The notes below the pieces were generated by a model. The model was not told the DNA's origin. It worked only from the letters and a program-made list of their open reading frames with translations, and searched no databases. Positions 26,119 to 38,100 of a stretch of DNA of 64,000 nucleotides are shown piece by piece. The first letter of the stretch is position 1; the number at the start of each line of letters is the position of its first letter. This stretch comes from Girardia tigrina (lineage: Eukaryota): the NCBI GenBank assembly GCA_001938485.1, contig MQRK01255104.1:1-64000 (forward strand), written 5' to 3'. Both the position numbers and the translations under genes were made by a program.

Positions 26119-29100
26119 TTATAAAGGTTAACAATAAATTATAATATTTTAAAATTGTAGAAGTATTTACCATTAATATGTCTAAGTAAAGTAACGTTTG
26201 GAATCTCTTATCAATTACTAAATCGAAATTAGTTTAAAAATAATGTTTATAAAAATTCAGACAAAAAAGATTTATTATCAACAAGATAATTATTTCTACG
26301 GGCCACCCATCATTATTGGATATAACAAATAATGAATAAAATCTACTTATAAAAATGAAAGTAACAAATAAATAATTTCTATGTAATCTTTTTTTCATAT
26401 TATTATTTTAATATTTTTAATAATTGTTTTGAGTGTCGCATAAACATTAATTTTAGGATAGTTATATCCAATTAATAACGCTTGCTACGTTACTCTCATG
26501 GTAAATTCCAAAGTTGAACACAACTTTATAATTCTTGATTTCAAAGTTGCTTTAACCTTTTCGGCCCTAAATATAAATATTCTATAATTTTGTGGTACAC
26601 ATGTACCGCTAGGACCGAATTAAATAAAATACTTTTAATTTATATAAATTACTGATTTTTTAAAGAAAAAAATACTGATGAAATAATTTAAAATACTGAT
26701 CAATTAAATACAAGCCTAAATTAATTGGCTCACCATTCGTCTTAATATGATGTTTTGCTAAACTGGTACATCCAGTATCCCATTTGTCAGCCATAAATAC
26801 TTCTGCCTGTTTCTGAATGGGCTCTAACAGTTTTGAATCTACTTTACCTATGTAATCTAATGCTCTTGTTAATCTCTCTCCTGGCCTTATCACCCTGCCG
26901 AATTTTGCCTCGATGTTGCACACACCTCTTCGTGCTTTTCTTGATACATTATTGTCTTGAGACTCGTTCCTCTGTATGGAATAACCGAAAATTTTCATGA
27001 ATACTATTCCTCTGATCTTTTCTGGAACCACACTCTCCACAACAATAAATGGTACTACTTTTCTTGTCTGAAATTAGATATAATTTTTCTGCTTGGTCGG
27101 TTAAATTACAATTTTCTTGTAACTTCTGAACTAATAAACTTTCTTCAACCGATGCAACAATTTAAACCTTCTTCAAATGATACAATAATTTGAGCCTTCA
27201 AATGTCAACAATAATTATTCTTCAACTAGTGTAATCTTCTTCAAACAATTAACAAAATGTCAACAATAATTCTTCTTTAAATCAATAGGTTAGTCTTCAA
27301 CCAAGAATTCGAACGATTGACTTGTCTTCAACTAGTATAATCTTCTTCAAACAATTAACACGTATCAATCTTGATCAAATTCTTCCCGACTGACGAGCCT
27401 GAATTGTTTTAAAAGCTTCTTCGAGTAAAAAAAATTAATACCTGAATTTATCAAATAACAAATACACACCAGCTGGACATTGGTCACCTCTCAATTTTGC
27501 TTTTTTGCAGCGGTAATAAACATGATTTACATCTAGCGTATGATTTATATAATGATAACTTCATGTATCTTTATCATAAATAAACTCCGTTGCAACTTCT
27601 TTATTTGGGTAGATATGTTCCATTTTCCAGTTACGTTTTCTTTTTGCTCTTCGTTTTGCTTGAATTGCACCATTTTCAACACTTTCCATATCGATTTCCT
27701 CATCTGAGACGTGTTCTGGAATGCTTGATGTTGCCATTGAATATTGAAATAAATTGGTAATGTTTTTTTTAATTGAATTTGATTGTATACACTGACCATT
27801 GTCCGTCAATTTTAATTTGTTTTTGTTGCTAAAAACGTATTGCAGTGGCATTTTAATATATCTTTCTAAAAATAACTAATTAAAAAATTTACTAAATTAT
27901 GAAAGAAGAACTTACAAGTTATTGAAAATTCAGAAAAAATAAAATTTCAAAATTTTATAAGTAAAAATGTTGTAAAGTAATATATTTAAAGATCAAGAAA
28001 TTTACTACAAAAAATATTATCAGATTCGGCGTCGAAATTTACTACAAAAATATTATCACAAATTCGGCATCGAAATTTACTGCAAAAAATATTATCGTAA
28101 ATTCGGCGACGAAATAGTACGAGTGAATCAATTTTATTATCAATCAAATGACTTATATTACTAATCAAACCAATAAAATACATATTGACATTTTATTACA
28201 GATCGGTTATTTAATATACTGATTTTAAAGGCCTTACACCAAAAAAATTAAAAATAAAACTAAAAAATATAAGAGTAATTATATTTTTAATTTTAAGAAT
28301 GGTCAAATGTTTGTTTGCTTATTTGATTTATGCTTTTTTTTGACGTTGTTTTTTTATTTTTTTTACCCTTTTGATTTGGGTGTGTCGTTTGTTTTTTTTT
28401 GATTTTTATTTTTTTTATTGCTGGTTTTTTTTGAAACACAGCCTAATGGGTGTAATGAAATGATAATAATCGGATGAAATGATAATTCCATAGAAATATG
28501 GAATATTTGAATTTAAAATTAAAAATTCAATTAAAAATAAATCGATTGAATAATTTGCAGTTTGCAGTAATTTTTTATTCTTCGGGATAAATAATTACTG
28601 GCAATAATTCAATCGATTTATTTTTAATTGAATTAATTAATTTTAAATTCAAATATTCCATATTTCTATGGAATTATAATTTCATCCGATTATTATCATT
28701 TCATTACACCCATTAGGCTGTGTTTCAAAAAAAACCAGCAATAAAAAAAATAAAAATCAAAAAAAAACAAACGACACACCCAAATCAAAAGGGTAAAAAA
28801 ATAAAAAAAACGTCAAAAAAAACGAAAATTCAAAACAACCATCTTAACATTACATGATCACCAAAATTTGTTAAATAAAAGTTCAAAAATTAAGACAGAA
28901 ATCTCAGGTAATCCGCAAACAATCAAAGAAGTGTCAGAGGAAGTAATAGGAGAACAGAGCTCAGTTACAGTCAACATCATTGCGGATTCAAAGGACACAA
29001 ATCATCACAGAGGTGAAGTGCAAGATAATATCTATTTGGAAAAGATTGATAATCAAACACTTAAAAAGTTGATAGACGATTTCATTACAATTGAAGATTC

Positions 29101-32100
29101 AGAAGGAATGAAGTTGACGGGTGTGAAAACGGAACATCAAATTTGTACAACCGGTCGGCCAACTCATGCAAAAATTCGACAATTACCACCAGAAAAATTA
29201 CAAGCGGCAAAAGAAATCTTCAATGAATTACTTAAAAAAATATAATGTCAGCGTCGAACTCAGATTAGGCGTCGCCTTTAATGATGGTTAAAAAAAGCAA
29301 TGGAGATTGGAGATGTTGCGGGGATTATCGACATCTAAATGCAATGACTACCAAGGATGCTTACCCAGTTCCGTTATTGAGGGCTTTGACAACAAGATTA
29401 AATAAGGCAGAAATTTTCTCTAAAATCGATCTAGAGAAAGCGTACTATCAGATCCCAATGAAGCAGGAACATATAAAGAAAATGGCGATATTAACTCCAT
29501 TCGGATTGTTCCAATTTAATAGAATGCCGTTCGGGCTAAAAAATGCCTCAGCCACTTTTCAAAGAGTGATGGATAACATTTTTCGAGGCTGCCAAAACAT
29601 TGTTGTATACATTGACGACATTTTAGTCGGTAGTCACGGTCTTAAAGAACACTTGAAAGACATCGAATTAGTTTGAAAAACCAGTTAGAAAAACCAAATA
29701 ATGTTAAAGGAATTCGAAGACTCATCGGGATGATAAACTTTTACCATCAGTGTATTCCAAAATGTTCGGAAATTTTGGCACCTTTGTGCGATTTGATAAA
29801 GAACAAACAAAAAAANNNNNNNNNNNNNNNNNNNNNNNNNNNNNNNNNNNNNNNNNNNNNNNNNNNNNNNNNNNNNNNNNNNNNNNNNNNNNNNNNNNNN
29901 NNNNNNNNNNNNNNNNNNNNNNNNNNNNNNNNNNNNNNNNNNNNNNNNNNNNNNNNNNNNNNNNTGGAACAAACTATAGAAGATAAACAATTACCAGTTG
30001 GCTTCCATTCTAGAAAATTGAAAGTACAGGAGAGCCGTTATTCAACATTTGATAGGGAGCTCTTAGCTATCTTCGATGGAATCAGACATTTCAGAGATTT
30101 AATTGAAAATCGTGAATTTGAAATTTATACTGACCATAAATCATTAATCCATGCACTGGAAATGAAAAACCCGAGTCCAAGACAGCAAAAACAAATAAAT
30201 TTTATATCTCAATTCTCTTGCACAATAAAATACATCAATGGAAGATCGAACCTAGTCGCAGATTTTTTTTCAAGAACGGAGGTTAATCAGATTAATTTCG
30301 CACCAATAATTTCAGTTGAAGAATTAAGAGGTAAACAAGAAAACGTATTAAGCGAATCTCTAAAAACAAAGTCATTAGAAATTATTGAGTTCAACGGGAT
30401 CTGGTACGATATCAGCATAAAAAATAAAGTTAGGCCTTTATTACCGAAAGAATTTCGGGAAAACTGTTTCANNNNNNNNNNNNNNNNNNNNNNNNNNNNN
30501 NNNNNNNNNNNNNNNNNNNNNNNNNNNNNNNNNNNNTGCTGGCCGGGTATGCGGCAAGATATCAAGTCGTGGGTTAAAGAATGCATCGAGTGTAATTTGA
30601 ATAGAATAACCCAACATCCAAAATTAGAGGCTATCAATTACCAAGAGTGCGACAATTTAGAAACGGTATACATCGATATAGTTGGACCGTTACCGGTGAA
30701 TAATAAAAGAAGATTCTTAATTACAATGATAGACAGAGCATCCAATTGGTTTGAAGTAACTCCTACTAAAGAGATTACGGCAGAGAAANNNNNNNNNNNN
30801 NNNNNNNNNNNNNNNNNNNNNNNNNNNNNNNNNNNNNNCAACGGGATCTGGTACGATATCAGCATAAAAAATAAAGTTAGGCCTTTATTACCGAAAGAAT
30901 TTCGGGAAAACTGTTTCAGGGAAGTACACAACAAGGGCCATTATGGTGCAAAGAGTAATTATGAAATGATGTATTTAGATGTGTGCTGGCCGGGTATGCG
31001 GCAAGATATCAAGTCGTGGGTTAAAGAATGCATCGAGTGTAATTTGAATAGAATAACCCAACATCCAAAATTAGAGGCTATCAATTACCAANNNNNNNNN
31101 NNNNNNNNNNNNNNNNNNNNNNNNNNNNNNNNNNNNNNNNNNNNNNNNNNNNNNNNNNNNNNNNNNNNNNNNNNNNNNNNNNNNNNNNNNNNNNNNNNNN
31201 NNNNNNNNNNNNNNNNNNNNNNNNNNNNNNNNNNNNNNNNNNNNNNNNNNNNNNNNNNNNNNNNNNNNNNNNNNNNNNNNNNNNNNNNNNNNNNNNNNNN
31301 NNNNNNNNNNNNNNNNNNNNNNNNNNGAACCTTTGTAGAGAGTACTCAATAATCAAAGTCAGAACGACAGCATATAACCCACAAAGCAATGGAAAGGTTG
31401 AACGTTTCCATAAGGAGCTCAAAGAAACTCTGAACACTCTGTGTAATAATAAAGACTGGCTATCCAAACTCGGTAAATCGTTATTGGCACTCAGAACCAA
31501 AATATCAGTTAAAACAAAAGATTCACCATTATTTCGCTTGACAGGAAGGAGATTGAATCCTCTAACAGATCAAGAAGTTATAAACAAGTATTTCACAAAC
31601 AAAAGCTGTCCAAAGAATTTGAGTGCATTTATCAAGAAANCCTTTTCAAAAAATTTTGAAAACAAATATGATGGACCTTATCCGGTCAAAATAATCACGA
31701 ACAATACGGCTTTACTCGAGATTGATAAAGGGCATAAATATGTTAATTTAAGAAGGTTAAAATTTAGTAGTAAAATCTTACCGTAGTGCTCCGCATTTAA
31801 CAGGGGGGCTTATGTAAAGGCCTTACACCAAAAAAATTAAAAAGAAAACTAAAAAATATAAAAGAGTAATTATATTTTTAATTTTAAGAATGGTCAAATG
31901 TTTGTTTGCTTATTTGATTTATGCTTTTTTTTGACGTTGTTTTTTTTTATTTTTTTTTGGTGTAAGGCCTTTACACTGATCAATAGGGAATTGATCAATA
32001 TATACTGATCAATGAAATAAAATACTTTAAATTTATTTAAATTACTCATTTTTTAAAGAAAAAAATACTGATCAAATAATTTAAAATACTGATCAATTAA

Positions 32101-35100
32101 ATACAAGCCACCAGAAAATATATATTCAACACGTTGATTGTCGTATATACAGGCTGTTCTGTTTAAATTGAGACTACATTTACTTTTTTATTTATTTTAC
32201 TATATTTTTCATACTTCGCAAACAGCTAATACATATGTTAAACACATGATAAACAGTTCTCTCCACTCGATCCAATATCCTTCAGATGTAATTACAGCCA
32301 CAACTAGTACGGAAGTGATGGTAGACTCGGACCAGTTGATCTCGACGCATTTGAGCAAGTGTCGATGATGGCGGCTCGGAGCGAATTGACAGTGTTGTGT
32401 GTACGTTTATTGGACTATCGCTTGATAATGCACTAGCAGGGATAGTTGAACTGATTTAAATCATGGGGGCGGCCAGCGTCTCGTACTTTATGGATGACAT
32501 CAGTAGGATGCACTTCGCCAGTAGTTACCCTTTAATCGTATATGTTACCAGCTGATAGATCTTAAGGACGTATGAGTGGTCGCGCAGATCGTCATGAATA
32601 TCGCTGTGGATCGTTTAGTTTTCAATATGCAGTTGAGTTGCAAGATCACGCATCAACGCTAACGGCTCATCGTCGACCATCTGCTACAACTGCTCCAGAA
32701 AGGTCGGACTATGTGTCCGACACTGATCGGTAGTTTGTTTTCTTACTGGACCTCATGGAGCCCTCTTCTTTTCCATTAGCCCCCTAATACTACTCAACGA
32801 TCCACTTAGACGGTCACTTTTTGCAGTTTGGTGAAGATGATTATTTCAGTTGGTATGTAGCCGGCGCGAAGGCAAACCAAAACGTTGGCGTGACGATCTT
32901 GCTGAGTTGACATTTCTGAAATTTTTTAATTGAAAGTGATTCTAGGGTATCAGACAAAGTCAATCTAAAATGTTACTCCGCTTACTCAAAAAATCTGGTT
33001 TTCACACAAATTCAAAATCAATCTCAATTTAAACGGAAAACCCTATACATTGGTAATTGTAAGTTTTGTGGGTCGAAACATGTTGTGATGATATTCAGTG
33101 GATTTTACTATTTAATAATGATGTTTAAGACGTCAATACTACCATTAATAAGATAATATAGCTAAAGCAAATTATAAATAGTTTAAGTTATCTTTAAATT
33201 ACAAAAAAGCTCAGCTAAATCAGTTAGAAAATTACATGATCTGCATATAGAACAGATATAATTAATTATTGGAATTTTAATAAAATAATGATTAAAATAA
33301 AGATAATTGAAGAAAATCAAAACATGTCCGTATCTTGGAACTATTTTCTAAAATTATCTTTCGTAAAACATGTATTTATTCAATTTTATGTTTACAAAAT
33401 TAAAAAATGAATGCCATACACTTCTGACATGTGATATTCCCCCGTATCATAATTCTTCAACTAAAGGTTGAAGATCAAACCCAAATCATTATAATAACTA
33501 TAATATGCTATAATCTTTATTTGCAATATATTTTAAAGGAAGAATTTTTCTCATAATTTGTGATGAATTTCATATTGTTAATGATTACTATTAATTAAAT
33601 TTTGTCAATTAATAGAAAGATTTCGATGAAAAAAAATTGAGAAAAGAAATAGCAACAGCCATTAAAAATATACATGGTGTACGGTAAGTCAATATTTGTG
33701 AGGTCTTGTTGACATAGTTTTGCTGTTATTAATTAGTACCGGGTTGTTTACACCGGATTTGGCTTTCGAAGCAATTGTCAAATTGCAAATAAAAGACTTA
33801 GAAGAGCCTTCAGTTAAATGCATCGATTCTGTTGTTTCTGAATTAATGGAAATAATTCGCAGAAATTCTCAAAAGGCAATTTTTTGCAAGATTTATCTGT
33901 GTTATATATTTTATTGGATAGATTTCAAGCTTTCCACGATTACAAGACGCTATTGAAAGGCAAGTTTTACGGGAAGTCCGAAACAAACAATGTCGTACAA
34001 AAGATCAGTTAAAAATGCTTATTAAAATTCAATTGTCATACATTAATACAAACCATGAAGATTTTATTGGGTTTAACAAGTAAGTGAAATGATAACAATA
34101 ATATTTGCTGTTGATTTAAATCATTATTTGTTCATTGTTTGATATTTTTGCACTTTAATAACATATAAAATCATATTCATAAAAGACAAGTAATCGACCA
34201 TTATATCATATAAAGTTTGTGTTGAGTGAATTTCGTCTGTTAAAACCAGGTGTAATGACACGTTTAGAACGACTTTATATTGCCCAATTATATTTTGGCT
34301 CAAATAAATTTACTTTTAAATATAATATCTACAAAATCAATAAAAGTCAAGAAATTTTAAATTAGCAACAAAATTATTAATCCTTTTTAAAAGAAAAAAA
34401 GTAAAGCGAAATCACAGCATAAGTCCCAACTGAAATTTCACAGCTAATAATCCACATTCTCTACGAGTTATAAAACTGTGTATACTGAAAAAATAACAGT
34501 CACTTTTGTTTTTATAAATTGCAAATTTAACTATTTTTAATCTTTTTGTGGTGGTATCAATGTGGCAAGAACAACAAATCGCAAATATTGCAAATGAAGT
34601 CAACTTGGAAAATTTAATGTACCATAATTTTCTGATTTAGTTAGTCTAAGTAGCCATTTACAATTCCCGTGCTCATCTCAAATACACGGTCTTGAATAAG
34701 TTAAATTAGTTTAAAATGTTTTTTTATTCATATTTACTTCCGCTTATCTTCTATACTCATATATCGTTGGGTACAAGAAGGATTTTCAAATATAGAATAT
34801 TTTCACCAAGGCTACAAAACGTCTTTGGTGAAGAATCAATAATCAAATGAGAATGAGACTGTTAAAATTAATAAATAATAAATCCAAAAGTTTAAAAGAT
34901 TATTAAAAGTTTAAAGTGAAAATAAATAATTATATAGAATAATTTTCTTCTTCAATCTATTCAATATCTATGCTCAAAATGTTTTGATGATCAAAAGGCA
35001 AAAGAGGAGTGCCTTAAAGATCCTACTGCACTAAGAAATTTAACTTGTTTAAATACTGCAAAATAGTACATATCGTCAGTTTTGTCAAACTGGAAAAGTA

Positions 35101-38100
35101 AACGGGTAGTCGTCAGCGCCAGTGGTTTCTCCAATGAATGAGAGATGATCCCTGTGATACAGAGTCTGGTGAATGGTGAATGCAGTAGGAGTTTGATAGA
35201 TATGAGTTACTCTCGATCGGTTATCAGAAGAAATAAAATAGAAGGGTCTTCCATCGAAAGAGTAATTACAGAAATATACTTCCCAATGGGTCAGAGGGGA
35301 CGACGGGATCATGTGAGATTGATTTTAATTGTCAAGATAAAGAGATAAAACTGATTGCGTAGTTATGGGTGCGTTGTCCGAAGGCTTGAACTTCTTTGAG
35401 TGGATTCGATTAAGAAACTAAGTGGTATGTTAATGTCCAATCATAAATTTTGGCCATTAAGAGGGTATTATTTCTTTCTACGCTTGTGGCGTTCTTAGCT
35501 AACTGTCCCAGGCAGCAGCAGTTTCACTCCTGTCTGGATCTCTCTGCTCGTGATCGACAACTTCTTGCTGAATTGCGCCAATCGACTGGCCTCACTTACA
35601 ATCCGCTCGAACACATCGTTCACGAGACTTTTCATGATCGAAATGGCTTTGCCGCAGATGCCAGTGCCTGGGTGCACCTAGCGCAGCAAGAATTCATCGT
35701 TCTGATTTTCATAAATTTTCTCACTCTGATCGATTGCTCTGACATGAAGAGAAATAACAGTCGGAATCAAACATTTTTCTTTTTTCATTTATGCAACGAT
35801 ATTAACAAATTGAAATTGAAAAATAAAAAGAATAATTAGTAAATCTTTATTTTTCTTTTTAACTTTTGCCTAATCAACTAATTACTTAAAATTATATATA
35901 CATATAAATTTAATTTTAAATTCGTTCTGAAATATGGTATGTTATCTAATAAATTGACTCTTTACATTTGTAGTAACGTCAGAACTATCGAATGTTTGTA
36001 CATTTAGTACAAATAGAAACCTAATAAAAACAATTAAAGATGATGTATGTATATAAAATTATAATACTAGTATTCGATTCGATAAATCGTTGGCTATTTC
36101 TAGGATTTGGAAATCGAATGCACCTAATTATTTACCAAATAGACATACGTGTTTCAGTGAATCAAGATTAAAAGATAAAATAACCATGAATATCTTAGAC
36201 GAATAGATCCAAAAAGGGTATTTAGTAAAATATATCTAGCAAGAAATCGGCAAGTCTGTGGGATCGATAGTACAAGGAAACAAAGAAAAAATCAAACCGG
36301 TATTTAATTTTCGAGAGTTAAACAAGGATATCGATGTATACGGCGGTTCTTCAGGCGTGTGCACGGAAAGATTTCGTGATTGAGAAGAACAAGTTAAAAG
36401 TTTTCGATAGTAGATATATCAAATGCGTACATACAAATACACGTTGATCACTATGGTGCTTTTAATCATACATGATCAATGGTAAAAATTTGCTTTGATT
36501 TGCATAAGATTTTTCCATAATATGTCCCATACTATCATGTCAGGCATTGTACGTTTAGTATTATCATCGGATTTGAGAATCTATGCTGTACGAAATCTTA
36601 TTTTGACGATATTTTTTCGACGAATTTAGACATGATGCTGAAGAACTAAGCCAATTGTTCATGAGATTTTGATTGAATGTAAACAGCCAAAACGGGTCAT
36701 TTACAACGAAAAGGTAAGAGTTGTTGGTGTGAATAATATCGACGGAAGAATTATGTGGAAGCGAGTCAATGAAGTATTAGTTAAAAATTTATCCGAATCT
36801 ATATCGATTCGAGAGCTTTACTCTATGTGGATTGTTAAGGCTAAAATGTTCGTACCTTAAACGAATAACTACAGACGATTAGTATATGATGATCGACGCA
36901 TCCATAATTGATAATTTGAAAAAGGTTCTTCATAGTGTGAAGAAGAATAATCCGTGTATTTGCATATGGAGTATAGGTGAACATAGAGTTTGTACTCTTT
37001 GGTGTGATGTAAGTTACATAATTATGTCAACACTGTCCGAGGGAATACAAGACCGCTGGTTTCCTAAGGATTCATATTCAGAAGAATCATCAAGAAGCAC
37101 CAACATCCAACGCCCAGAGAGAAGAAAACTTGGAAGAAGGGAACGAGGAAGAGCGGACATCAAACCAATCCAATCCTCAGTTGCCGGACGCAACTGTGAG
37201 TATGCCGAGGATACAGTATAACGATGATACAAGACTGCAAGAGGACAATTCAAGTGCCCATTTCGTGGTTGTTACGCGTCCACCGTAACAGCCAACGGCA
37301 TATACGGCCATGGTACCAAGTTCCATGGTTGGTCGTTCGTTACTGGCAAGCCGACTGCTCAGAGGCGGAAGGCCACTGACGCCGTAGGAGGCCTATCGGG
37401 GGGCCCTTAAGGACTTTAGTTTGGGTGGACCCTCTAAAGAGCCTTAGGCTCAATACCATTACAGAGATGGGAGGCCCACATAAGGATGTGGGTTTTATCG
37501 GAAGTTGATGGTTCAACTATAGAAGACGGATCATGATTGAAGAGAAAGATGTTTCAAAATATATAAATAGCATGGAGCTTGTGAAAAATTGAATTAATGT
37601 CTAAAATGGGACATGAATAAATCGATAATAAATCGATGATTTCATAGATCAGTGATGCAGTACCTAATACTTTCAGATTGGCTAAAACTGCTTTTTTTGA
37701 AGTATTTATTAGGTGACGTATTTCCATCATAAAAGAAATATGCGATGAATTTAAAATAGCGTTGAAAATTGAATTTGTGTCTAGCAACTCAAACAAGGCT
37801 TATAAACTAACTTGGATACCGAAAATACTGACAAAAAGCGTATATTACTCTATGACGACAGTTGACATGCAAAAATTAAATGAAGTCCATCAAAAATTTC
37901 ACCTGAGCGCGAAAAGAATGAAATTTTTTGTTAAGAGAAAAATATCGAAGTGACAGTCAAAGAGATTCCTAATTTCATTTCGTCAACAACAAGTGTCAAC
38001 AATGTCAGTCTTTTGATACAGTGCCGGTGAAATGGGAAAAGGGACATTTATCAGTAATACATAATTGCTTTAGAGTAGTTATGTATGTAACAAAATATTA

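Larger units (their letters stand above)
27440..32109 (-). mobile_element. MULE-like element 5' part, interrupted by the Gypsy at 28224-31975
   Basis: Terminus GGCTTGTATTTAATTGATCAG at 32109 (second copy at 26716); ~40-bp tandem repeats at 27998-28112; degenerate N-terminus ...[22 protein letters not shown] typical of invertebrate MULE transposases. Confidence 0.55.

Noticed and set aside
27998-28112. Three ~40-bp direct repeats resembling a CRISPR array
   Set aside because: No unique spacers, eukaryotic context; they are transposon subterminal tandem repeats.
30392-31091. Apparent tandem duplication of the integrase zinc-binding region
   Set aside because: Identical copies are bounded by N gaps; most likely a scaffolding or gap-fill artefact.
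29673-31352. 559-aa ORF and other X-rich ORFs (also 47152-47442)
   Set aside because: Their lengths are inflated by N runs; not evidence of intact proteins.
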